A stretch of DNA of 64,000 nucleotides. Source: Alphaproteobacteria bacterium. Lineage in GTDB: Bacteria; Pseudomonadota; Alphaproteobacteria; SHVR01. Every line of letters starts with the position of its first letter. The stretch's first letter is position 1. The stretch is taken from NCBI GenBank assembly GCA_009694185.1, contig SHVR01000003.1:15058-79057 (forward strand), written 5' to 3'. The notes below the pieces were generated by a model, which saw only the letters and a program-made list of their open reading frames with translations, ran no database searches and was not told the origin of the DNA. Shown one piece after another: positions 1 to 9,399 of this stretch. The position numbers and the translations under genes were made by a program.

Positions 1-2316
1 CTCGGCCAGGACGCGGTCGAATTCGCCCAGCCGGGCGGCGACCCGCCCATGGACGCTGTCGGCCGGATAGTCGCCCCGGCTGTCGGCCTCGCCCACGGAG
101 AGGCCGGTGAAAAGGGCGAGCGCCTGGTCCACATGGTCGACACACCAGAGGTGGAATTTGCCCTCGCGGACCGCCGCCACCACCTCGTCGCGCAGCACGA
201 GCTGCGGGTGGTTCACACGCGGAATGACGACGCCCTGGTTGCCGGTGAGGGGGCCCGCTTCCAGGCAGGCGCGGAAAAACCCCTCGACCTTCCAGTGCAC
301 ACCGCCCACCGCCTGGGCTTCGCCGTTCTGATTGAGGGCGCCGGTGATCGCGATGTCCTGGCGGAGCGGCGCATCCGCCAGGTCGGACAGGATCGCGACG
401 AGCTCGGCGAGCGAGGCGCTGTCGCCCTCGACGCCGCCATAGCTCTGCTCGAAGGTCAGCGAGCCGTTGAAGGAGAGTGGAATGCGGCGGGCGAAACGGC
501 CCATGAGGAAGCCTTGCAGGATCAAGACGCCCTTCTGCTGGATCGGCCCGCCGAGGTTGACGACCCGCTCGATATTGACGATGCCGTGGCGGCCGATGGC
601 TGTCCGGGCCGTCACCCGCGAGGGCGCCCCGAAGACATGGTCGCCGGTCTCGCGCACGGTGAGGGCGTTCACCTGGCCGATGCGCGTACCCTGGGTCGCG
701 ATCATCACGCGGCCGTCGGCGATGGCTTCCTGGGTGCGGTCCTCGGCGCGGGCGTTCCGCCGGCGCCGGTTGGCGAGGGTCTTCAAGACGGTGGCCTCGG
801 TCACGGTGAGCGTCGGCCCGGCGCCGGCAAGGCCCGCCGCTTCGCCGATCAGATCCTCGATCATCTCGAAGCGGGCGGAGAGCTTGCCCCGGTCGGACGC
901 CCAGCGCGCGGCGACACCAAGCAGGCGCTGCAACGCGCCCGTTTCGCACTCGGCGCCATGGTCTCGCTTCGCCAATTGCCGCAGCAAGCCCGCATAGCAG
1001 GCGACATTCTCGATCGTTGCCTCCATATCGGGGTCGATGTCGGCCTTGATCTTGAAATAGGATTGGAAATCCGGGTCGGCGTAATAGACGCTGTAGAACC
1101 AGCGTGGCGCGCCGACCAGGACGATTTTGATCGCGAGGCGCACCGGCTTCGGGCGTGGCGCGCCCGCGATCGGCACCATTCCGGCGCGGTGCGGCTCTTC
1201 GAGCGCAATCTCGCGGTCGCGGAGCGCCGCCTTCAAATGCTGCCAGACGGCCGGTTGGCCGGCCAGTGTCTCGGTCCGCAGCACCAGGATCCCGCCGTTG
1301 GCGCGGTGCAGGCTGCCGGCGCGAATCTGGGTGAAATCGGTGGTCATGCCCGCTGGGGTCTGGCGATATTCGATCTTGCCGAACAGATTCTCGTAGGTTG
1401 GATTGGCCTCGACCAGAACCGTGCCGTGGTGGATGTCGCTATTGTCGACCAGAAGGTTAACCGCGTAGCGCCGCTCCGGTGGGTCGGCGATCTCGCCCGG
1501 CTCGTCTTTTCGCGGCAGGAAGTTTTCATAATGCTCGAGCACGTCGGCACGGAACTCGACCAGCCAGCGGGCGAGGCCGGAATAGTCATTGAAGGCTTCG
1601 GTGAACTGGTCGAGCAAGTCGGCCACCGCATGTTCGCCGACCGCATGATTGAGCGCCACCAGCGACGTGCCGAGCGCCACCTGCTGGCTGCTGGCCCAGC
1701 GATGGAGTTCCGCGAGCTCCGCCGCCAGGCGCCGCGCCGCCGCTTGCCGGTCAGCTTCCGGGACGGTTGGCGCGCCTTCCCGGAACGCGATGGCCGGGCC
1801 CTGGGGGGTCGAGGCAATCTCGAGGCCGTGGGCGTTGGCGGCGCCGCGCAACGCCTCCAGTCGCTCGCCGTATTCGGCGCGCACCGCCTGGGTGGCACCC
1901 TGGACGGCGCGCTGATATTCCTCGGTGCCGAAGGCCTCGGTCAGCATTTCGCGCAGACGCGGAATGAGGGCGGCGAGCTCGTCGCGAAACCGCCGGCCGA
2001 CGCCGTTCGGCAGCCGGCAGGGCCTGGGGCGATGCCGCCAGCGGAAATTGTTGAGATAGAGCCAATCGGCCGGCGGTGGGCGCGTCAGAGCGAATTTGTG
2101 CAGGAACTCCAACGTGGCCGTCATGCGGCCGCTGCGGTCCTCGCCAAGGACGAAGATGTTGAAACCGGGCTTGTCGATGGCAAGGCCGAATTCCAGCGCC
2201 TCGCGCGCCCGCCGGTGGCTCGACAAGTCGAACACGTCGCCGGCCACGGCCGCACCCAGCTCGAAACGCGGCAGCCCCACATCGTCGGCGGCCAATTCTG
2301 TCGCGGGATCGGCCAT
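1..2316 (-). CDS. Lon-like ATP-dependent protease (YcbZ/LonB-type, COG1067-like); C-terminus runs off the left edge
   Basis: My reverse-strand translation from ATG 2316 gives MADPATELAADDVGLPRFELG...REALEFGLAIDKPGFNIFVLGEDRSGRMTATLEFL. Near base 1 it reads ...ITGALNQNGEAQAVGGVHWKVEGFFRACLEAGPLTGNQGVVIPRVN...GKFHLWCVDHVDQAL, the Lon S16 protease region. No minus-strand sub-ORF in this frame appears in the track, consistent with one open frame lacking a stop in the window. An alternative GTG start lies at 2325. Confidence 0.85.
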   Translation of the reverse strand, partial: MADPATELAADDVGLPRFELGAAVAGDVFDLSSHRRAREALEFGLAIDKPGFNIFVLGEDRSGRMTATLEFLHKFALTRPPPADWLYLNNFRWRHRPRPCRLPNGVGRRFRDELAALIPRLREMLTEAFGTEEYQRAVQGATQAVRAEYGERLEALRGAANAHGLEIASTPQGPAIAFREGAPTVPEADRQAAARRLAAELAELHRWASSQQVALGTSLVALNHAVGEHAVADLLDQFTEAFNDYSGLARWLVEFRADVLEHYENFLPRKDEPGEIADPPERRYAVNLLVDNSDIHHGTVLVEANPTYENLFGKIEYRQTPAGMTTDFTQIRAGSLHRANGGILVLRTETLAGQPAVWQHLKAALRDREIALEEPHRAGMVPIAGAPRPKPVRLAIKIVLVGAPRWFYSVYYADPDFQSYFKIKADIDPDMEATIENVACYAGLLRQLAKRDHGAECETGALQRLLGVAARWASDRGKLSARFEMIEDLIGEAAGLAGAGPTLTVTEATVLKTLANRRRRNARAEDRTQEAIADGRVMIATQGTRIGQVNALTVRETGDHVFGAPSRVTARTAIGRHGIVNIERVVNLGGPIQQKGVLILQGFLMGRFARRIPLSFNGSLTFEQSYGGVEGDSASLAELVAILSDLADAPLRQDIAITGALNQNGEAQAVGGVHWKVEGFFRACLEAGPLTGNQGVVIPRVNHPQLVLRDEVVAAVREGKFHLWCVDHVDQALALFTGLSVGEADSRGDYPADSVHGRVAARLGEFDRVLAE

Positions 2317-2328
2317 TGGGATCACCGT

Positions 2329-2526
2329 TCAGGTGAGTGGGAAATGGACAGTCGCTACCCGCCAAAGATCGCCGCTTTGCGAGAACCGGTCAATGGCCGC
2401 CTTCACATCGGCGGGCTCGAATGCCGCCGCGCCGCGCGGGCCGGTACCGAGCCGGGCGTTCCCCCGGTTGGCGGCGATCGGCTTCGCCGTGGCTATGGCG
2501 GCGCCTATTTCCTCGGCGCGCGACAA
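2329..2526 (-). CDS. Possible 65-aa small protein directly upstream of, and in the same frame as, the Lon-like gene
   Basis: ORF-track entry MSRAEEIGAAIATAKPIAANRGNARLG...DLWRVATVHFPLT. It has a TTG start, high GC3 codons, and a TGA stop 3 nt before the GTG (12 nt before the ATG) of the Lon-like gene. No obvious RBS and no family recognised. Confidence 0.3.
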   Translation of the reverse strand: MSRAEEIGAAIATAKPIAANRGNARLGTGPRGAAAFEPADVKAAIDRFSQSGDLWRVATVHFPLT

Positions 2527-2559
2527 ATCGGGGCGAGAGGGGTATTGTGCTTATCACAT

Positions 2560-2756
2560 TAAATTTCCATAGACTTCGTAAATTGTGAAAAATATTTTAG
2601 TGTTATTGAAAATACAAAGGGTTATTGGGTTCAATGTGGCTTTGTGACGAGGCGATTATCGCGCTAAAGGAAAATTAGAGGGTTATTTCCAGTCCCGTCG
2701 AAACCACTCTACTGTGGCGGGCCGAGCGGTGGCGGGCGAATGGAGCGGGTGGTGGG
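2560..2756. promoter_or_regulatory. AT-rich divergent control region between the Lon-like gene and the hydantoinase operon
   Basis: A conspicuously AT-rich stretch (attaaatttccatagacttcgtaaattgtgaaaaatattttagtgttattgaaaatacaaa...) in an otherwise GC-rich window. It contains agggttatt twice (2618-2626, 2679-2687) and a small palindrome gcgatTatcgc (2652-2662). Confidence 0.4.
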
Positions 2757-4772
2757 ATGCTGAGAGTTGGGGTCGAGGTGGGGGGAACCTTTACCGACCT
2801 GGTAGCGGTGGGTGCGGGCGAGCTGGTCATCACCAAGGTGCCGAGCGTGTCGAGCGCGCCCGATGTGGGCGCCTTTCGGGCATTGACCGAGAGCGGCCTC
2901 GCCTTCGCCGGCATCACCGACTTGGCCCATGGCTCGACGGTCGCGACCAACGCGGTGCTCGAGCGCAAGGGGGCCCGCATCGCGCTCATCGCGACCCGAG
3001 GCTTTCGGGACATTCTGTTGTTGCAGCGCCATGACCGGCGCAGCATCTATGACCTCGCTTACCGGAAGCCCGAGCCGCTGGTGGCGCGGCGCGACATCTT
3101 CGAGGTGGGCGAGCGCATCCTCGCCGACGGCAGCGTGCTGACCGAACTCGACCCGGCCGAACTCGACCGGCTGATCCGCGCCCACCTCCGCCCGGGTGCT
3201 TATGAAGCGGTCGCCATCGCGTTGCTCAATTCCTATGCCAATCCCGCCCATGAGCATCGGGTGGCGGAGATTGTGCGCGCTGGCTTGCCCGGCCTGCCGG
3301 TGACCTGCTCGGCCGACGTGGCGCGCGAATTCCGCGAATATGAGCGCACGTCCACGACCGTTCTCGCGACCTATGTGCAGCCGGTCATTGCTGGCTATCT
3401 GGCGCGCTTCCAGGCGCGTCTCGCCGAGGCCGGCTTCACCGGCCGCTTGAGCGTCATGCAGTCGAATGGCGGTCTCATGCCGGCCGAGGGCATGGGCCTG
3501 AACGCGGTGACGGCGCTCTTTTCCGGACCCGCCGCCGGGGTCATGGGTGCCACGCGCCTGGCCGGCCTTTCCGGCTACCGCGATCTGATCACTTTCGACA
3601 TGGGCGGCACCTCGACCGACATCTGCCTGGTGGAGAATGGCCGGCCGGGGCTCGCCAGCGAGACCGAGATCGACGGCCTGCCGGCGCGAACACCCGTGCT
3701 CGACATCGTGACCGTGGGTGCCGGTGGCGGCAGCATCGTGTGGGCCGACGACGGCGGCATGTTGCGGGTGGGTCCGCGCTCGGCCGGGGCCGATCCGGGG
3801 CCCGCCTGCTATGGCCGCGGCGGTACGGCGGCGACGGTCACCGACGCCCATGTCATCCGGGGCACGATCCGCCCGACCGCCTTCCTGGGGGGCGCCATGG
3901 CCATCGACGCCGGAGCGGCGCGCCTGGCGCTCACGGGCCTCGGCCGGCAGTTCGAGCGCGCCGTCGAGACCCTGGCGGACGACGCCATTCGCCTCGCCGA
4001 AGCCAACATCGTGCGCGCCATCCAGCTCGTCTCGACCGAACGGGGGCGCGACCCGCGCGACTATGCCCTGGTGCCGTTCGGCGGCGCCGGGCCGCTGCAT
4101 GCCGTGCGCATCGCCGAGGCGCTCGGCGTCGAGACGATCCTGGTGCCGCCCTGCGCCGGCGTCATCTCCGCCTATGGGCTACTCGCGGCCGACTATGCCT
4201 ATTACGACAGCGCCACAAGGCGGGCCGAACTGGAAGAGGGCGTCGAAGCGACCGTGCGCCAAGCCTTTGCCGAGATGTGCGAGCGGGCGGAACGGCGTCT
4301 GGCGGAAGTGGGCCTCTCGGGCACACCCAGCCTCGATCTTGTCGCCGACATGCGGTTTGTCGGCCAGGCCTTCGAGGTACCCGTCGCCTTGCCGGTCGAG
4401 CGGATCGACCGGCTGACGGCGGCCGAGATTCGCACCCTTTTCGAAGCCGCCCATGAACGCCTCTATCGCCATGGCAGCGGCGCCGGCAAGCGGGTCGAAA
4501 TCGTGGCCTTCCGGCTCGGCGCGCATTTGCCGAGTGCCGCCCTGCCGCCCCTCAAGCCGCCGGCCGGCCGCTTCGCGGCCGGCAACGCAACTGTCGTGGA
4601 AGGCGGTCGCCGCTTCGACTGTCCGATCCGCGCGCGCGCCACGTTCGCGGCTGGCGCCCGCGTCGACGGCCCGTTGCTGATCGAGGATTCGACCTCGACC
4701 GTCTATGTGCCGGACGGCTGGCGGGGTACCATCGACGAGCATTTCAACCTGATCCTTGGGAGGTCTCCCTGA
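2757..4772 (+). CDS. Hydantoinase/oxoprolinase family protein, A subunit (HyuA-like, ATP-dependent cyclic amide hydrolase family)
   Basis: 671-aa ORF. The N-terminus MLRVGVEVGGTFTDLV is typical of the hydantoinase_A/oxoprolinase family. The stop lies 2 nt before the B-subunit gene. Confidence 0.9.
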   Translation: MLRVGVEVGGTFTDLVAVGAGELVITKVPSVSSAPDVGAFRALTESGLAFAGITDLAHGSTVATNAVLERKGARIALIATRGFRDILLLQRHDRRSIYDLAYRKPEPLVARRDIFEVGERILADGSVLTELDPAELDRLIRAHLRPGAYEAVAIALLNSYANPAHEHRVAEIVRAGLPGLPVTCSADVAREFREYERTSTTVLATYVQPVIAGYLARFQARLAEAGFTGRLSVMQSNGGLMPAEGMGLNAVTALFSGPAAGVMGATRLAGLSGYRDLITFDMGGTSTDICLVENGRPGLASETEIDGLPARTPVLDIVTVGAGGGSIVWADDGGMLRVGPRSAGADPGPACYGRGGTAATVTDAHVIRGTIRPTAFLGGAMAIDAGAARLALTGLGRQFERAVETLADDAIRLAEANIVRAIQLVSTERGRDPRDYALVPFGGAGPLHAVRIAEALGVETILVPPCAGVISAYGLLAADYAYYDSATRRAELEEGVEATVRQAFAEMCERAERRLAEVGLSGTPSLDLVADMRFVGQAFEVPVALPVERIDRLTAAEIRTLFEAAHERLYRHGSGAGKRVEIVAFRLGAHLPSAALPPLKPPAGRFAAGNATVVEGGRRFDCPIRARATFAAGARVDGPLLIEDSTSTVYVPDGWRGTIDEHFNLILGRSP

Positions 4773-4774
4773 CC

Positions 4775-6427
4775 ATGCGGCTCGATCCGGTCGACTATGC
4801 GGTGATCAGCCAGTCGCTGATCGCGGCGGCGCGCGAAATGGGCGCCAAGATGATCCGCTCGGCCTTTTCGACCATCGTGCGCGAGGCGCGCGACTGTTCG
4901 GCCGCGCTCATGGACCGTGATGGCAATGTGGTGGCGCAGGCGGAACTCATCCCCTTGCAGCTCGGGCCCATGGGCACGACCTTTCGGCCCTGCGCCGAGC
5001 TCTTCCCCGTCGACACGCTTGAGGCCGGCGACTTCTACATCAACAACGACCCCTTCAATGGCGGCCAACATCTGCCCGACATCTACATCTTCTCGCCGAT
5101 CTTCCACGGCGGCCGGGTGATCGCCTTCAGCGCCACGACGGCCCATCATCTCGACCTTGGCGGCGGCAGCCCCGGCCTCAACGCCGGCGCCACCGACGTC
5201 TACCAGGAAGGGCTGCGCATCCCGCCCTCGCGCTACAATCTCAAGCGCGACTGGGGGCCGAGCGGCAATTTCCAGCGCCTGGTGACCGCCAACATCCGCG
5301 TCCCCGACCAGACGATCGGCGATATCGACGCCCAGTTTGCCGCCAATGCCGTGGGCGCCGAAAGAGTGGGCGAACTGTGCGCCAAATATGGTGTCGACAA
5401 GATCGAGGCGGCGATGGCGGAGTTGATCGCTTACTCCGAGCGCCGGGTGCGGGCGGCACTCAGGGCGATCCCGAACGGCGTCTATCGGGGCGAGGACTGG
5501 GTCGACGACGACGGCGTCTCGGACGCGCCACTCCTGGTCAAGGCGACCGTGACCGTCAAGGACGATGCGATCGATATCGACTTCGCCGGAACCTGCCCCC
5601 AGGTCGCCCGCAATCTCAACGCGCCCTTCGCCTCGACGGTTTCGGCGGCGCTCTCCTGCGTGAAGGCGGTATTGACCAGCCCCGATATTCCCTTCAACGA
5701 GGGGGTCAAGCGGCCGATCCATGTGACGGCGCCGCTTGGCTCCCTGCTGAACCCGCGCCCCCCGGCGCCGGTGCGCGCCCGGCTGGAGGCGAGCTACCGC
5801 GTCTTCAACGCCGTGATGAAGGCCCTGGCCCAGGCGGCACCGGACCGGGTGATCGCCAGTGGCTTCGATACGACGACGGTCGGTTGCTTCAGTTTTCTCG
5901 GGCCAGACGGCTATCGGGTCTATCTGGAAGTGTTCGGCGGTGGCTATGGCGCCTCGGCGCTTGGCGACGGGTGCGATGCCGTCGACAGCCCCCTCTCCAA
6001 CTGCTCCAACACGCCCATCGAAGCCATGGACATGGAGTATGACTATATCCGCGTGGTCGAATATGCCCTGGTGCCGGATTCGGGCGGCCTCGGGCGACAC
6101 CGTGGCGGCCTTGGCTTCGTGCGCCGTTATGCCGTGCTCAAGGATGGCGTGACCTTCGCCCTTTATGCCGACCGCTTCAAGGGCCGTCCGGACGGTGTGT
6201 TCGGGGGTGCTTCCGGCACCCTCGGGCGTTGCGAGGTGCTGCGCGCCGGCCGGGTCATTCAGCTCAAATCCAAGGACAGCATGACCTTGGCCAAGGGTGA
6301 TATCGTGTCGCTCCAGATGGGTGGCGGGGCCGGCTATGGGCCGGCGGCCGAACGGCCGGCGGCACTCGTCGAGCGCGACCTGGCGGATGGGTTCGTCACC
6401 ACCCTCAAGGCGCGGGCGGCGGAGTAA
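4775..6427 (+). CDS. Hydantoinase B/oxoprolinase family protein (HyuB-like)
   Basis: 550-aa ORF starting MRLDPVDYAVISQSLIAAAREMGAKMIRSAFSTIVREARDCSAAL, the typical hydantoinase_B N-terminus. Tightly coupled to the A subunit. Confidence 0.9.
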   Translation: MRLDPVDYAVISQSLIAAAREMGAKMIRSAFSTIVREARDCSAALMDRDGNVVAQAELIPLQLGPMGTTFRPCAELFPVDTLEAGDFYINNDPFNGGQHLPDIYIFSPIFHGGRVIAFSATTAHHLDLGGGSPGLNAGATDVYQEGLRIPPSRYNLKRDWGPSGNFQRLVTANIRVPDQTIGDIDAQFAANAVGAERVGELCAKYGVDKIEAAMAELIAYSERRVRAALRAIPNGVYRGEDWVDDDGVSDAPLLVKATVTVKDDAIDIDFAGTCPQVARNLNAPFASTVSAALSCVKAVLTSPDIPFNEGVKRPIHVTAPLGSLLNPRPPAPVRARLEASYRVFNAVMKALAQAAPDRVIASGFDTTTVGCFSFLGPDGYRVYLEVFGGGYGASALGDGCDAVDSPLSNCSNTPIEAMDMEYDYIRVVEYALVPDSGGLGRHRGGLGFVRRYAVLKDGVTFALYADRFKGRPDGVFGGASGTLGRCEVLRAGRVIQLKSKDSMTLAKGDIVSLQMGGGAGYGPAAERPAALVERDLADGFVTTLKARAAE

Positions 6428-6447
6428 CGGCGCCAACAGGAGGACCC

Positions 6448-7422
6448 ATGCCGGACTTGCACCAGGACGCCATCGTCATCGACGGCCTGATCGTCTCGAA
6501 TTGGAGCCGTGCCGTATTCGAGGATATGCGGCGGGGCGGTTTGACCGCCGCCAACTGCACATGCTCCATATGGGAGGGCTTTCAGGCGACCATGGACAAT
6601 ATCTCCCGCTGGAAGCGCTGGTTCGCCGAGCATGGCGATTTGCTGCTCCAGGTGCACGACGTCGCCGACATCGCCCGCGCCAAGCGCCTGGGCAAGACCG
6701 GCGTCATTCTTGGCTTCCAGAATGTCAGTGCCTTCGAGGACAGGCTCGGCTCGATCGCGCTCTTCAAGGCGCTCGGCGTCGGTATCGCGCAAATCGCCTA
6801 TAACACCCAGAATCTGGTCGGCACCGGCTGCTATGAGAGCCGGGATGGCGGCCTCTCGGATTTCGGCCGCGAGGTGATCGGGGAAATGAACCGGGTTGGC
6901 ATGATGTGCGACCTCTCTCATGTCGGACCCAAAACATCGCAAGACGTGATCCGAGCATCGACAAAGCCGGTTTGCTATTCCCACTGTTTGCCGGCGGGCT
7001 TGAAGGCGCATCCGCGCAACAAGAGCGACGCCGAACTCAAATTCATCGTCGATCATGGCGGCTTCGTTGGCGTCACCATGTTCCCACCCTTCCTGAAGCA
7101 GGGCACGGCCGCGACCGTGGACGACTATGTGGCGGCAATCGACTATGTGATCGCCATCGTCGGCGAGGAGCGGGTGGGCATCGGCACCGACTTTACCCAG
7201 GGCCACGACCAGGCGTTCTTCGAATGGATTACCCATGACAAGGGCTATGCCCGCGAGCTCACCCAATTCGGGGAGATCGTCAATCCGGCCGGCATGCGGA
7301 CGATCGCCGATTTCCCGAACCTGACCCGGGCGATGGCGCGTGCCGGCTGGCACGAGGGCAAGATCCGCCGCGTCCTCGGCGAGAATTGGGTCCGGGTTCT
7401 GGGCGAGGTGTGGGGTGCTTGA
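6448..7422 (+). CDS. Membrane dipeptidase family protein (peptidase M19)
   Basis: 324-aa ORF with VIDGL..., CDLSHVG and GIGTDF motifs typical of renal-dipeptidase-like M19 enzymes. Same operon direction as the hydantoinase pair. Confidence 0.85.
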   Translation: MPDLHQDAIVIDGLIVSNWSRAVFEDMRRGGLTAANCTCSIWEGFQATMDNISRWKRWFAEHGDLLLQVHDVADIARAKRLGKTGVILGFQNVSAFEDRLGSIALFKALGVGIAQIAYNTQNLVGTGCYESRDGGLSDFGREVIGEMNRVGMMCDLSHVGPKTSQDVIRASTKPVCYSHCLPAGLKAHPRNKSDAELKFIVDHGGFVGVTMFPPFLKQGTAATVDDYVAAIDYVIAIVGEERVGIGTDFTQGHDQAFFEWITHDKGYARELTQFGEIVNPAGMRTIADFPNLTRAMARAGWHEGKIRRVLGENWVRVLGEVWGA

Positions 7423-7423
7423 T

Positions 7424-9243
7424 TTAGCTGGCAGCTCTCAGAAGTTCCGGCGTGGGAGCCGGACGGATAACGGCCGGCCTCAGGAGGACACGCTCGGCCG
7501 GCAGCATGACATGCACGACCGTGCCCCGGCCTGGCGTGCTTTCGATCAGGAGTTCGCCGCCATGTATTTCCACGAGTGCCCGGGTGAGCGGCAGGCCGAG
7601 GCCGGTGCCGTCCTGGGAGGTCGTGGCCGGCCCCCGGACCTGGCCGAACGGCTCCAGCGCCACGGTGATCTGATCCGGCGTCATGCCGATGCCGGTGTCG
7701 CCGACGCTAAGCCTGAGCGCGCCGGTGTCTTGGTGTGTGACATCGACGCTGATGTGGCCGTCGGGAGGCGTGAACTTGACGGCGTTGGACAGCAGGTTGA
7801 CCAGGATCTGGCGCATCCTGAGCGGGTCCACCCAGAGGTCCGGCATCTGCGGCGGTAAAGTCGTCTGCAAGGAAAGGTTGGCTTTTTGCGCCTGATCCGT
7901 CACTAGGTTGATGCTATCGGCGATGAGATCGGCGAGATTGGTGCGCGCCTCTTGCAGCTCCATCTTGCGGGCTTCGACCTTGGCCATGTCGAGCACGTCG
8001 CTGACCAAGGCCAAGAGGTGACTGCCGGCGCGGTGGATATCGCCCATATAGTCCTGCTGCTTGAGGGTCAAGTGACCCAGATAGCCGTCGCGCATCGCCT
8101 CGGAGAAGCCGAGGATGGCGTTGAGGGGGGTGCGCAGCTCGTGGCTCATATTGGCGAGAAAATCGGATTTGGCGCGGGCGGCGGTCTCGGCCCGTTCCTT
8201 CGCCTGGCTGAGGGCGGCCACCATGGCTTCCTCGCGCCGCGCGTGCCGCAACAGCGCCCAGCCGACCAGGCCAGCGAAGAGAATGGCCTTGAAGGCCAAG
8301 ATCGCGATGACCGTCATCTGCCGGCGCCAGCCCATCAGCGCCGCCGATTCCAGCATCGAAACGGTGAACACCAGCGGGTAGTCGGCGAGGGCGCGATAGG
8401 CCACGATACGGCGCTCGCCGTCGAAGGGACTGACTTGCCGGTCGGTTCCGCTGCTGGCCTTGGCGAGGGCCGAGCGGAAGGGTTCCATGCCGGCAAAACT
8501 CTTTGCCGCGGCTTCGGTGTGCTCGGGAAAGCGGGCGACCAGCACGCCGTCGCGCCGGTAGAGCGTCAAGGCGCTTCCCGTGGCGGTGTCGAGTGCGGCG
8601 TGAAAGTCGGTGAAATAATGTTGGTCCAAGGCGGCCACCACGGTGCCCTGGAACTCGCCGTCCGGCCCCGACAGCCGGCGGCTCAAGGGCCAGATCGGCG
8701 CACCAGTGGCGCGACTCACCGTCGGGCCGCCGATCAACAGGCCGACGTCCGGCCGCTCGCGGTGGGCGAGGAAATACTCGCGGTCCGTGGCGTGGTTGCG
8801 CGCGGCGGGTGCTGGACGGAGTTGACGACGGCCCGGCCGTCACGGTCGAAGACGAGCAGCGAGCGAATCTGCGGCGCGGCATCGACCTGGCGGCGGAACG
8901 AGACTTGGAGCGCCGCCAAGGCGTCTGGATCGGCCAAGTCGGTGCGTTCGGCTCTTTCCAATGCCGACTCGAGGATGACGTTGGCGGCCTGGACCGTCCG
9001 CTCGGTGTGCCGGGCGAGGACGTTGCTCAGGGTGGCCGTCTCGCGCTCGGCTTCGCGCAAGGCATATTCGTGCAAGCCCAGCGAGGCCAGGCCCGCCAGC
9101 AGGGCAATGGCGATCACCAGCCCGGCGCCCGCGGCAATTATGACGCGGCTCGATCCGCGGAAATAAGCGGCACCACCATGGGGTGGCGCGGCCGACCGGC
9201 CGGCCGGCGGGATCACCGCGGTAGATTGTGCAAACATGGTCAT
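7424..9243 (-). pseudogene. Membrane sensor histidine kinase (TM + Cache-like periplasmic domain + HisKA + HATPase_c) interrupted by a 1-nt frameshift
   Basis: The N-terminal part (9243 down to ~8810, frame of the 583-aa ORF) reads MTMFAQST...LVIAIALLAGLASLG...[21 protein letters not shown]. The C-terminal part (frame of the 437-aa ORF) continues [41 protein letters not shown]...[15 protein letters not shown]...GTGLGL. The two frames overlap at ~8797-8814. It could also be a sequencing error. Confidence 0.75.
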
Positions 9244-9399
9244 GGGATCGCTTATTCCCGGTTCTATGGATGAGCATAGGAACCGGCCGGTTAAGGGCGG
9301 GTTACCGTTGCATGAGGCGGGGCAGCGCCGGCGGGCTGGCTTTCCCGGATATGTCGGGCCATCGTGCCGGTTCAACGCGCGAAATTTTGAGGGAATACA

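Noticed and set aside
49-2562. 837-aa plus-strand ORF, the longest ORF at the left edge
   Set aside because: It is Ala/Arg/Gly-rich with no recognisable domain. It is exactly antisense to a reverse-strand frame that translates into a clear Lon-like protease from N-terminus to S16 domain, so it is a GC-driven shadow ORF.
2709-6436. 463-aa and 577-aa minus-strand ORFs (2709..4100, 4703..6436)
   Set aside because: They are antisense to the hydantoinase A and B genes, which have family-typical sequences. Shadow ORFs.
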